A DNA stretch of 24,000 nucleotides from Thiomicrospira microaerophila (GTDB lineage: Bacteria > Pseudomonadota > Gammaproteobacteria > Thiomicrospirales > Thiomicrospiraceae). The first letter of the stretch is position 1; each line of letters opens with the position of its first letter. Where the stretch lies: the NCBI RefSeq assembly GCF_000934765.1, contig NZ_JYNN01000002.1, positions 1 through 24,000 of the forward strand, written 5' to 3'. A program made the position numbers and the translations under genes. The notes under the pieces are model-generated. The model did not search any database and had not been told where the DNA came from. It saw only the letters and a list, made by a program, of their open reading frames with translations. Below are positions 16,319 through 24,000 of the stretch, piece by piece.

Positions 16319-16446
16319 ATTCTGGCATAGGGTGCGTGCCGAATCTTGATGTCGCCACTTCGGTGGGAGCCGGTTATCGTCAATCTCGAAGGGAGATGCC
16401 GAAAGGCACGTTACTAGTCCCGTAAGGGTAATAATGGGAGGATACC

Positions 16447-17814
16447 GTGTCGGTATTTGTATTAGCAAAAAACAAGAAGCCGTTAATGCCTTGTTCAGAG
16501 AAACGCGCAAGGCTACTGCTTTCTCGGGGGCGTGCGGTGGTGCATTTGATGGTGCCGTTTACGATTCGGTTAAAAGGCCGCACTGACGGTGCAATTCAGC
16601 CACTTCACGTCAAACTTGACCCTGGCTCAAAGCAAACCGGTATGGCGGTGGTACTGGAATCCAAGCTGGATTTAAAGGTGTTGTGGTTAAGTGTGATTCA
16701 CCACCGCAGCCATCAGATCAGTGAACAGCTTACCGCACGACGTGCTATGCGCCGCCGTCGCCGTAATCAGCTTTGGTATCGGCCTGCACGGTTTGACAAC
16801 CGCACCCGGCCTAGTGGTTGGTTAGCGCCTTCACTGCAGCATCGTGTCGATACCACGCTGGCTTGGGTTAAAAAACTATCCAAGCTAGCACCGGTATCGG
16901 ACATCGGCTTGGAGCGGGTGAAGTTTGATATGCAGAAAATGGTGAATGGTGATATTGCAGGCGCTGAATACCAACAAGGCACGCTGTTTGGGTTTGAGGT
17001 GAAAGAATACTTGCTGGCCAAGCACAAGCATACCTGCGCCTATTGCAACGGAGTAAGCGGCGACAACCGGCTTGAGGTGGAACACGTCCAGCCTCGCTCA
17101 AAAGGCGGCGGCAACAGCGTTAAAAATCTGGTTATTGCGTGTCGGAGCTGCAACGAGGCGAAAGGCAGCCAACTTCTTCCAGAATGGAAGCAATCGCTGG
17201 GCAAATCCAAGCTGGATAAATCTCGCGCCATCGGGATTGAGAAAACCATCAAGGGCAAGTGGACAGGTTTGCGGGATGCGGCGGCGGTGAATACCACGCG
17301 TAATGCTTTACTGCATGAGCTGTTACTGTTCGCAAAAGACAATGTATCGGTCTATACCGGTACAGGGGCGATGACCAAGTTTAATCGCAAGCAACAAGGT
17401 ATTTCCAAGCATCATGCGCTTGATGCATTGTGTGTCGGTGAGAGCCTCAAGCCGGTTAAAAACTGGACCAAACCGGTACTGGAGATTAAATGCACGGGTC
17501 GCGGGAGCTATCAGCGTACACGACTGAACAAGTTTGGTTTTCCACGCGGTTATTTAATGCGCCAAAAAGCGGTGCATGGCTTTCAGACCGGCGATCAGGT
17601 TAAAGCGGTGGTTCCCAGTGGGAAAAAGCAAGGTATTTACACAGGCCGTGTGGCGGTTCGTGCCAGCGGAAGTTTTAACATCCAAGCCGCCAATGGTTTG
17701 GTTCAGGGCATTAGCCATAAGCACTGCACGTTAATCCAACGTGGCAGCGGTTACGGCTTTAATTTAACAACGATAGCATTAACTCACGGAGAACGCGAGA
17801 AACAGGCGGCCTAA
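16447..17814 (+). CDS. iscB: IscB, an OMEGA-family RNA-guided endonuclease (RuvC with an HNH insertion)
   Basis: 455 aa, GTG start after GGGAGG. Domains seen: N-terminal PLMP motif (KNKKPLMPC); RuvC-I LDPGSKQTG; Arg-rich bridge helix RRAMRRRRRNQLWYRPARFDNR; RuvC-II GLERVKFD; HNH CAYCNG...LEVEHVQPRSKGG...NLVIACRSCNEAKG; RuvC-III HHALDAL; C-terminal GFQTGDQVKA...GRVAVRASGSFNI. Confidence 0.9.
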   Translation: MSVFVLAKNKKPLMPCSEKRARLLLSRGRAVVHLMVPFTIRLKGRTDGAIQPLHVKLDPGSKQTGMAVVLESKLDLKVLWLSVIHHRSHQISEQLTARRAMRRRRRNQLWYRPARFDNRTRPSGWLAPSLQHRVDTTLAWVKKLSKLAPVSDIGLERVKFDMQKMVNGDIAGAEYQQGTLFGFEVKEYLLAKHKHTCAYCNGVSGDNRLEVEHVQPRSKGGGNSVKNLVIACRSCNEAKGSQLLPEWKQSLGKSKLDKSRAIGIEKTIKGKWTGLRDAAAVNTTRNALLHELLLFAKDNVSVYTGTGAMTKFNRKQQGISKHHALDALCVGESLKPVKNWTKPVLEIKCTGRGSYQRTRLNKFGFPRGYLMRQKAVHGFQTGDQVKAVVPSGKKQGIYTGRVAVRASGSFNIQAANGLVQGISHKHCTLIQRGSGYGFNLTTIALTHGEREKQAA

Positions 17815-17831
17815 CGGCCGGCGCTATCCCT

Positions 17832-17851
17832 CACCGGGCTAAACCCCGGTG
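17832..17851 (+). repeat. hairpin downstream of iscB, candidate right-end structure of the element
   Basis: CACCGGG, loop CTAAAC, CCCGGTG: a perfect 7-bp stem. It contains CCGGGCTAAA, which is also present at the start of both upstream modules. Confidence 0.4.
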
Positions 17852-17870
17852 TCTCTCGCGCAAAAGCAGG

Positions 17871-18860
17871 ATGAAATCGAATTTTGATAAAAAACTGACT
17901 CGCATTTGTGTATTAGGTGGAACGGGCTTTGTGGGCGAGCAGGTAGTAAGGCAGTTATCTTTACAGAATTATCAGGTGCGGATGGTGGTAAGGCGTGCTG
18001 AGCGCTTTCGTCATATTAATCTTTTGCCCGGAGTAAAGCTTGTTGCTTTGACTGAGGGTTATGATGAAGCTTTTTTTAAAACCTGTTTTAAAGATGTAGA
18101 CGTCATTATTAATTTGTTTGCTGACCAAACCTGTCAGACAGAGTCTATTGCCGATGATCAGCTCGTTGAGTTGACGCAGTTAATTAAGCAGGTGGCGGAA
18201 CAGTCAAAAATTAAACGAGTGATTCAGTTGTCGCAAATTGGGGCGAATGCCAGCCAAGCGGCCAATCCTTGGTTAAAGCAGCTGGGTGAGTCGGATGCGA
18301 TTACCCATAATATGGCATCGATTTCTACTACGATTATGCGTGCGGGCTTGTTAATCGGTGCGAATGATTATACTAGCGCTTTGTATGCTAAACAGCTTGG
18401 GCGTGGAGGTTTGGCGATGATTCCCAATGCTGAAAAGCAAGTCCAGCCTTTGTGGGTAAATGATTTTGCCAAGGCCTTGGTATCTAGCATTAATAATAGC
18501 GCTTTGCACAACGCCAGGCTTGAAGTAGTAGGCGAAGAACGCATGACGGTTATGGAGTTGGCGGAATGGGTGAAGACCTTGATGGATTTGGATAAGGCTA
18601 TGCTTTTGCCAATGTGTCAGTTAAATGCGAAGTTCATGTTGTTGTTGGGCCCGCTTGCTCCGTTTAGAACGGTGAGTGCGACGCAGCAAAAAATCTTGGC
18701 GCAAGACTTGATTAGCGAACAAGACTTTGTAGCACATTTCGGTTTTGAGCCGGTTAGTTTAGAGTATGCTCTGTCGAGTTTTGTCGCGAATCATCCGGTT
18801 AAGTATCGCTATGATTACTTCAGACAGTTGGCGGGACGTAATCAGGCCGACTTTAAATAA
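17871..18860 (+). CDS. NAD(P)-binding SDR-family protein (NmrA/NDUFA9-like)
   Basis: 329 aa with an N-terminal Rossmann motif ICVLGGTGFVGEQVVRQL. Confidence 0.75.
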   Translation: MKSNFDKKLTRICVLGGTGFVGEQVVRQLSLQNYQVRMVVRRAERFRHINLLPGVKLVALTEGYDEAFFKTCFKDVDVIINLFADQTCQTESIADDQLVELTQLIKQVAEQSKIKRVIQLSQIGANASQAANPWLKQLGESDAITHNMASISTTIMRAGLLIGANDYTSALYAKQLGRGGLAMIPNAEKQVQPLWVNDFAKALVSSINNSALHNARLEVVGEERMTVMELAEWVKTLMDLDKAMLLPMCQLNAKFMLLLGPLAPFRTVSATQQKILAQDLISEQDFVAHFGFEPVSLEYALSSFVANHPVKYRYDYFRQLAGRNQADFK

Positions 18861-18862
18861 TC

Positions 18863-20119
18863 ATGCAAGTCTATTTGGTGGGGGGTGCGGTGCGCGATGC
18901 GCTGCTCGATATTCCGATTAAAGATCGGGATTGGGTCGTGGTCGGCGCGCAGGCTGATGATTTGTTAGCACTCGGCTGTAAACAGGTTGGGGCCGACTTT
19001 CCGGTTTTTCTGCATCCGCAAACCCATGAAGAATATGCATTGGCGCGCACGGAGCGTAAGTCAGGGCGCGGTTATCATGGCTTTGAGGTGAATGCATCCC
19101 CTGAAGTGACTCTTGAGGAGGATTTGTTACGCCGTGATTTAACCATTAATGCCATGGCGCTTTCGAATAGTGGCGAGTTGATTGACCCTTATGGCGGTAA
19201 ACAGGATTTGCAAAACAGGGTTTTGCGTCATGTGTCCCCTGCGTTTATGGAGGACCCTTTGCGGGTGTTGCGGGTGGCGAGATTTAAAGCACAACTTGCC
19301 CCCTTTGGCTTTCAATTAGCGGATGAAACCCATGATTTATTGTGTGAGATGGTGCGTCAGGGCGAGTTAAGTGATTTAGTGGCTGAGCGTGTTTGGCAGG
19401 AAATGTCTAAAGCCTTAATGACAACCAGGCCTGGTTTGTTTTTTGCCTGTTTAAAAGATATTGGTGCCTTGTCTGTATTGTTTCCCGCGCTCGATAGCTT
19501 GTTTAAGGTTCCGCAGTCTGAAATGCACCACCCGGAAGGCGATGCAGGCGTGCATACCTTGATGGTGCTGGATGCCGCCGCCAGCTTGTCCGATTCACTG
19601 GATATTCGTTTTGCGGCATTGGTGCATGACCTGGGTAAAGGCATGACACATCCTTCTTTTTGGCCCAAGCACCCCGACCACGAGCAGGCCGGTTTACCGA
19701 TAGTGGAAGAATGGGGGCGTTTGTTTAGGGTGCCTAAGTCAACCTTACAGTTAGCTTTGCGCGCGACAGAGTGGCATGGCTGGATTCATCGCGGGGGCTT
19801 GTCGATGTCGTTGACGGATATGCTTAAAGTGTTGAAGGGCTGTGATGCGTTTCGTCAGCCTGACAAGTTTGAGCAGTTGTTGACCGTGTGTGAGGCTGAC
19901 CATTTAGGGCGCAAAGGATTTGAGGATCAGCCCTATGTGCAAAAGGATTTTTGGCTGGGTGCGCTAGATGCCTGTAAAAAAGTAGATCCTTCTGTGCTAG
20001 CCGCTGATGGCTTGAGCGGTGAAAAAATGGCGCAGGCGATTGAGCAGCAACGTTTGGCGCGCTTAGATAATTTCAAGACACAGCTGGTGTTAATGGCTAA
20101 GTCGGCCGAGCGCGATTAA
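18863..20119 (+). CDS. cca: multifunctional CCA-adding tRNA nucleotidyltransferase with an HD domain
   Basis: 418 aa: MQVYLVGGAVRDALLDIPIKDRDWVVVGA, RRDLTINAMA, and HD motif ALVHDLGK. Confidence 0.92.
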   Translation: MQVYLVGGAVRDALLDIPIKDRDWVVVGAQADDLLALGCKQVGADFPVFLHPQTHEEYALARTERKSGRGYHGFEVNASPEVTLEEDLLRRDLTINAMALSNSGELIDPYGGKQDLQNRVLRHVSPAFMEDPLRVLRVARFKAQLAPFGFQLADETHDLLCEMVRQGELSDLVAERVWQEMSKALMTTRPGLFFACLKDIGALSVLFPALDSLFKVPQSEMHHPEGDAGVHTLMVLDAAASLSDSLDIRFAALVHDLGKGMTHPSFWPKHPDHEQAGLPIVEEWGRLFRVPKSTLQLALRATEWHGWIHRGGLSMSLTDMLKVLKGCDAFRQPDKFEQLLTVCEADHLGRKGFEDQPYVQKDFWLGALDACKKVDPSVLAADGLSGEKMAQAIEQQRLARLDNFKTQLVLMAKSAERD

Positions 20120-21022
20120 ATGATGGATAATGCGAAATTAACACGGCTTGCTACCTATGCCGCGGTGGCGGTGGCTTTGACTTTGATTCTTGTGAAGCTG
20201 GTGGGTTGGTGGGTAACTGACTCCGTATCGATTTTGGCTTCATTATTGGATTCAATGCTCGATGTATTAGCCTCGGTAATGATTTTAATTGCGGTGCGGT
20301 ATGCACAGGTGCCGCCTGATAGCGAGCATCGCTTTGGTCATGGCAAGGCAGAGCCTTTAGCGGCGCTCGCGCAGAGTGTCTTTATTGCTGGCTCAGCATT
20401 CTATTTGTTTATTTATGCCGCTGAACGTTTTTTTAATCCTCGCCCGGTTGAGCAGGTAGGTTTGGGGTTAATGATTATGGTGTTTTCATTAATCTTGACT
20501 TTGGTGTTGGTTGGTTTTCAACGTTATGTGGTGCGACGCACGCAGTCAACCGCGATTAAAGCCGATTCACTGCACTATATTTCCGATATTGCCGCCAATG
20601 GCGTGGTGATTGTTGGTTTGTTGTTGATGGTCTGGGGTTTGGATTGGGTTGATCCGGTTTTGGGCATGCTGATTGCGTTGGTGATTGCATGGAGCGCTTT
20701 TAAGTTAGCCAAAGAGTCGGCTAACCAATTGCTCGATATTGAATTGCCGATTGAAATGCGCGAACAGGTGCAACAGATTATTCGAAGTCATCGGGGTGTT
20801 GAGGGGTTTAATGATTTACGTACCTATCGCTCAGGCCCCAATATTTTTATTCAGGTGGATTTAGAACTCGACGACCGTATGCCATTGGTCAAAGCGCATT
20901 TAATTGCCGAAGAAGTGACGGATAGAATCAAACAAGCGATTCCACAAGCCGATGTGATTATTCATCAAGAACCGGTAAGTTTACGTTCAGACCCCCAGCA
21001 CCATCAATGGGGACAGGAATAA
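20120..21022 (+). CDS. fieF: cation diffusion facilitator (FieF/YiiP-like Fe/Zn efflux transporter)
   Basis: 300 aa. Collinear similarity to E. coli FieF as I recall it (TDSVSILASLLDSMLD, HRFGHGKAEPLAALAQSVFI, FQRYVVRRTQS, ADSLHY.SD, DVIIHQEP). Confidence 0.9.
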   Translation: MMDNAKLTRLATYAAVAVALTLILVKLVGWWVTDSVSILASLLDSMLDVLASVMILIAVRYAQVPPDSEHRFGHGKAEPLAALAQSVFIAGSAFYLFIYAAERFFNPRPVEQVGLGLMIMVFSLILTLVLVGFQRYVVRRTQSTAIKADSLHYISDIAANGVVIVGLLLMVWGLDWVDPVLGMLIALVIAWSAFKLAKESANQLLDIELPIEMREQVQQIIRSHRGVEGFNDLRTYRSGPNIFIQVDLELDDRMPLVKAHLIAEEVTDRIKQAIPQADVIIHQEPVSLRSDPQHHQWGQE

Positions 21023-21066
21023 ACGCTAAATAGCACAACCAGGCCTGGTTGTGCTATTTAGCGTTT
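21021..21066. terminator. perfect 46-nt palindrome between convergent genes; probable bidirectional terminator hairpin
   Basis: AAACGCTAAATAGCACAACCAGG / CCTGGTTGTGCTATTTAGCGTTT, starting inside the fieF stop codon. Only a short T-run follows. Confidence 0.55.
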
Positions 21067-21090
21067 CAGAAAGCGTTTAAATACCTGTCT

Positions 21091-21669
21091 TTAAAGAGGT
21101 TTTTTGAAGCTAAACGCACCGCGAATTTGCCCGACTTGATAGCCTGTTGCCTTGTCATTTGGGTAGGCGTCCAGAATCTTTTGTTTTACAGCGGGTGAAA
21201 TATCAGTGCCATGGCAATGTAGACAAGGCTGGTTTTCACCAATCATCACGGCGCGTATGTAACGATATTCGGCTTTTCCGCCATCATGCACAATCGCACC
21301 GTGTTCGAAGGTTTTTGGGTCTTCTCCGGCCGCCAGTTGGGCTTCAAAGCGCTGCAGCATAATCCGTTCCCAAGCATCGGGTTCAGCGTTCGGGGCTCTG
21401 TTTTTCATGCTGACGCGATTGATGTCCCAATTGGATTCTTTAGCAATTTGGCGTGCGATTTCGGGGGCTTTGGTCTTGCAGACTTCGATGGCCTCGACCG
21501 GCCCGCCCGAGCGCATCGCTTGGCCCAGTGCGGGTTGCAGTTGACCACCAAATTGTTTGACCAATTCACGTGCTTGTTGCAGGTTTTCATCAGCATGGCT
21601 GATCGGGCTGAGTGCCAGACCTAGTGAAGCGATAAGTAGGCTAAGTTTCTTCATGTTATTTATCTCCAA
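21091..21669 (-). CDS. periplasmic c-type heme protein, DUF3365/Tll0287-like
   Basis: 192 aa. Signal peptide MKKLSLLIASLGLALSPISHA, a single CLHCH heme-binding motif, and C-terminal GY..GQIRGAFS typical of DUF3365 proteins. Confidence 0.7.
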   Translation of the reverse strand: MEINNMKKLSLLIASLGLALSPISHADENLQQARELVKQFGGQLQPALGQAMRSGGPVEAIEVCKTKAPEIARQIAKESNWDINRVSMKNRAPNAEPDAWERIMLQRFEAQLAAGEDPKTFEHGAIVHDGGKAEYRYIRAVMIGENQPCLHCHGTDISPAVKQKILDAYPNDKATGYQVGQIRGAFSFKKPL

Positions 21670-21784
21670 GCGTTGTCGTGGTTAACTAAAATCTTAAATT
21701 ACCACATTCAATCCTAATCCTTTGCCTAAAATCTGTCAAAATATTGTTTTAAAATAATTTAGCATTTTGTATAGGTCTCCTTAT

Positions 21785-23041
21785 ATGTCAATCAAATCTC
21801 GCGCACTCAAACTTTTGCTTCCTTTGGTGATTGTGGTGTTGGCTGTTGCTGGCTTTCAGTATTTGAAGAAAACCAAGCCGCAAACGCCACCGGCGCAAAT
21901 TCAAGAGCGCGCTTGGACGGTCGAGCTGATGAGTTTGCATCCTGCTGATTGGCAGCCTGAGGTGGTGTTGTATGGCACGGTGGCCAGTCATCAGCGCATT
22001 GTATATCAAGCCCCCTTGGCGGCACAGCTAAGCGCGATGCCGATTAAGGCGGGTCAGGCATTTAAACAGGGTGAGTTGTTATTTGCCTTGGATCAAAAAG
22101 AAATCGATTTGTATCGTGTCAACGCGCAAGCAGAACGCAGTGAAGTGCAAGCGCAATTGCAAGCTGAGCAAAAGTTGCAGCAGGTTGAACGTCAGCGGCT
22201 TACAAAAGAGCAGGCGTTGCTTGCCTTGCGTCAAGCGGAGTTTAAGCGTAACCAAGATTTGCAACAGCGAAATTTAGCCTCAGAATCGAATGTCGATCAA
22301 GTGCGTGATGCGTTGGTGCGTCAAGAGCTAGCGGTAATGAATAGCCAGCTGGCGATTGATCAGCAGCAAGCAAAAATAGCGCAACTTAACGCGCGGCTGG
22401 CAAAAGCAGAGGTTAATTTGGCGCGCACAGAATTATCGATTAACCGCTCTGCCCAAATTGCGCCTTTTGATGGCCGGGTGTTGGCGGTGCATGCCGCTGA
22501 AGGCGAGACTTTGGCTGCCAATGCTCGAATTTTAGAGGTCTATCCCTTAAATAGCTTGGAGCTAAAAGCCAAGCTACCTGTCGCTTATCGTGAAACGGTT
22601 GAGCAGGCGCTTAATACGGGTTTATCCGTGCAGGCGCAGTTCACCCAGTTTGGTGAATCTTTTTATTTGACTCTAGAGCGGTTGGCGGGTGAAACCAGCG
22701 CGTCGGGTATTGAGGCTATTTTTAGCCTTGATAGCGATTTGGTCGCCAGGCCTGGTGATCTTTGGTCGATTAATTTGCAATTGCCTAAATTGTCCTCGGT
22801 TTATGCGGTGCCTTATAGCGCGGTGTATGGCAATCAGCAGGTGTATGTGGTGGAAGACAATCGTTTAGTGCGTCGTGATATTGCGTTGTTGGGTGAAGTC
22901 AGCCACCAAGATCGCAAGTGGGCGCTAGTTAAGGGTGATTTACAAGCGGGCGAGTCGTTGAGTATCACGCGTTTACCGAATGCCATCAGTGGGCTGTTGG
23001 TCAAACCACAAATGGCTGATGCGATGCGAGGTCAGCCATGA
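21785..23041 (+). CDS. RND efflux periplasmic adaptor (membrane fusion protein, HlyD family)
   Basis: N-terminal membrane anchor, a long Q/A/L-rich coiled coil, and C-terminal beta-barrel-like region. I prefer the ATG at 21785 over the TTG at 21767. ATGA overlap with the downstream permease. Confidence 0.85.
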   Translation: MSIKSRALKLLLPLVIVVLAVAGFQYLKKTKPQTPPAQIQERAWTVELMSLHPADWQPEVVLYGTVASHQRIVYQAPLAAQLSAMPIKAGQAFKQGELLFALDQKEIDLYRVNAQAERSEVQAQLQAEQKLQQVERQRLTKEQALLALRQAEFKRNQDLQQRNLASESNVDQVRDALVRQELAVMNSQLAIDQQQAKIAQLNARLAKAEVNLARTELSINRSAQIAPFDGRVLAVHAAEGETLAANARILEVYPLNSLELKAKLPVAYRETVEQALNTGLSVQAQFTQFGESFYLTLERLAGETSASGIEAIFSLDSDLVARPGDLWSINLQLPKLSSVYAVPYSAVYGNQQVYVVEDNRLVRRDIALLGEVSHQDRKWALVKGDLQAGESLSITRLPNAISGLLVKPQMADAMRGQP

Positions 23042-24000
23042 GCGCCCTGAGTTTTAAACAACACGGCATTATTGGCGTATTCACTCGTCACAAGGTGGCG
23101 GCTAATCTGGTGATGGTGTTGATGATTTTATTGGGGGTGGTGGCGCTGTTCAAAATGAACGTGCAGTTTTTCCCCAGTTTTAATTTGGATTATGCGCAGG
23201 TGCGGGTGATATGGCCGGGTGCGAATGCGCAGGACGTGGAATCTAGTGTCACGGATCCGGTAGAAAGAGTGTTGCGTAATATTGAAAATCTCGATGAAAT
23301 GACCTCAACTTCCTCGTTGGGTGTGTCGGTGGTGACGCTGAAGTTTATCGAAGGCACCAATATGATTGAGGCGGTCGATCAAGTGCGCCAGCGTGTTAGT
23401 GAGTTGCGCAATTTGCCACAGGATATCCAAAGCCTTACAGTGGAGCGGATTACGCGCTATGAGCCTGTGGCAAAAGTGCTCGTGTTGGGGCAGGAAGGCG
23501 AAGAGGCGCAGCTACGCACATGGGTGCGCGATTTTGAAAGAGATTTATTAGCGCGCGGCATTGATAAAGTCGATTTTCGCGGGCGGCCTGCTGAGGAAAT
23601 GGCGATAGAGTTGGACTTGCAGCAGATTGCGCATTATGGCCTAGGTTTTGATCAGGTGGCGAGTCAAGTTGCTGGGTTGAGTCGTGATCTCCCCGCAGGG
23701 CGCATGGGGGATAGCGATAGCGCGCGCGATATTCGGGCCATAGAGCAACAGCGTGATATTCAGGGTTTTGCGGATTTGCCGATTAAGGCGGGGGCGAATG
23801 AGCATTTGCGCCTTGGCGATCTGGCGGAAATTAGTTTGCGTCCCGTGCGTGATTCGGCCTATTTAAAAGTGGACGGTCGCCCCGCGATTGAAATGGCACT
23901 GCAGCGCGCAGAGTCAGGTAATACCCTCACCTCGTCACGTATTATGCAGGCCTGGTTGGATGAAACACAACCAGGCCTGCCAGCCGGCATTGAGCTAAAA
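23038..24000 (+). CDS. RND-family efflux permease (AcrB/CzcA-like), N-terminal 321 codons, truncated by the window end
   Basis: The frame stays open from the ATG at 23038 to the window end and is not in the ORF track. MSALSFKQHGIIGVFTRHKVAANLVMVLMILLGVVALFKMNVQFFPSF is a typical RND TM1 plus periplasmic porter start. Confidence 0.88.
   Translation, partial: MSALSFKQHGIIGVFTRHKVAANLVMVLMILLGVVALFKMNVQFFPSFNLDYAQVRVIWPGANAQDVESSVTDPVERVLRNIENLDEMTSTSSLGVSVVTLKFIEGTNMIEAVDQVRQRVSELRNLPQDIQSLTVERITRYEPVAKVLVLGQEGEEAQLRTWVRDFERDLLARGIDKVDFRGRPAEEMAIELDLQQIAHYGLGFDQVASQVAGLSRDLPAGRMGDSDSARDIRAIEQQRDIQGFADLPIKAGANEHLRLGDLAEISLRPVRDSAYLKVDGRPAIEMALQRAESGNTLTSSRIMQAWLDETQPGLPAGIELK

Larger units (their letters stand above)
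15995..16446 (+). ncRNA. putative IscB omega-RNA region: two tandem 5' modules plus a unique 3' part running into the iscB RBS and start
   Basis: Dense nested stems such as GTCAAC/GTTGAC, GAGGCTT/AAGCCTC, GCTTGAT/ATTAAGC and CAGTGGG/CCCACTG. Lies directly upstream of, and on the same strand as, an IscB ORF, which is where omega-RNAs are encoded. No credible ORF. Confidence 0.6.
15995..17851 (+). mobile_element. non-autonomous IS200/IS605-superfamily IscB element (omega-RNA plus iscB, no TnpA); boundaries approximate
   Basis: The iscB/omega-RNA unit is visibly more GC-rich than its flanks and is wedged between ycgL and an SDR gene. Subterminal hairpins at both sides share the 10-mer CCGGGCTAAA. 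Confidence 0.5.

Noticed and set aside
16265-17342. Several minus-strand and off-frame ORFs (16265-16583, 16767-17342, 17072-17290) overlapping the omega-RNA region and iscB
   Set aside because: They are shadow ORFs in a GC-richer segment. The plus-strand IscB frame carries all the expected catalytic motifs.
15671-17870. Looked for an IS200-type TnpA (Y1 transposase) accompanying iscB
   Set aside because: No ORF with a HUH/Y1 pattern is present on either strand next to iscB, so I call the element non-autonomous rather than a full IS200/IS605 element.
18469-18480. 12-nt palindrome CCAAGGCCTTGG inside the SDR gene
   Set aside because: It occurs only once, differs from the enriched CAGGCCTG motif, and encodes an ordinary AKAL segment. 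There is not enough evidence to call it a site.
21767-21784. TTG at 21767 as the start of the RND adaptor
   Set aside because: The in-frame ATG at 21785 gives the typical short basic N-terminus (MSIKSRALK) before the membrane anchor. The extra six codons have no support.

Overview
The window looks like chromosomal DNA from a sulfur-oxidising gammaproteobacterial chemolithoautotroph; the Thiomicrospira/Thiomicrorhabdus/Hydrogenovibrio group is my inference from gene content only. All calls were made by eye from the ORF translations and the raw sequence, with no searches run.

Positions 1-8.3 kb hold a divergent Mn-type superoxide dismutase gene and an alpha-carboxysome operon. The operon order is cbbL, cbbS, csoS2, a 314-aa orphan ORF, csoS4A, csoS4B, two csoS1 genes, a bacterioferritin-like gene and a pterin-dehydratase-like RuBisCO assembly factor. 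No recognisable carboxysomal carbonic anhydrase csoSCA is present where it normally sits; the AT-rich orphan ORF occupies that slot.

Positions 8.7-15.3 kb carry CO2-concentrating-mechanism accessory genes:
- a STAS-less SulP-type transporter, SbtA and the PII-like SbtB
- a CbbR-like LysR regulator
- an iota-class (CaMKII-association-domain, HHHSS motif) carbonic-anhydrase-like protein with a disordered N-terminal extension that shares a motif with CsoS2
- rdgB and csoS1D
- a convergent ParA-like/disordered-protein pair that fits McdA/McdB carboxysome positioning

Positions 15.4-17.9 kb hold ycgL and an apparently intact solo IscB (OMEGA-type RNA-guided nuclease). The upstream omega-RNA-like region contains two tandem, structurally covarying modules.

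Positions 17.9-24 kb are housekeeping and efflux genes: an SDR, cca, a fieF-like CDF transporter, a DUF3365-type c-heme protein, and an RND adaptor with a partial permease.

Most interesting points:
- a possible non-canonical carboxysomal carbonic anhydrase arrangement (orphan ORF plus iota-CA with a putative targeting peptide)
- the duplicated omega-RNA module
- a 12-mer shared by the cbbL and csoS1 leaders
- an over-represented palindrome, AACCAGGCCTGGTT, in the right half of the window
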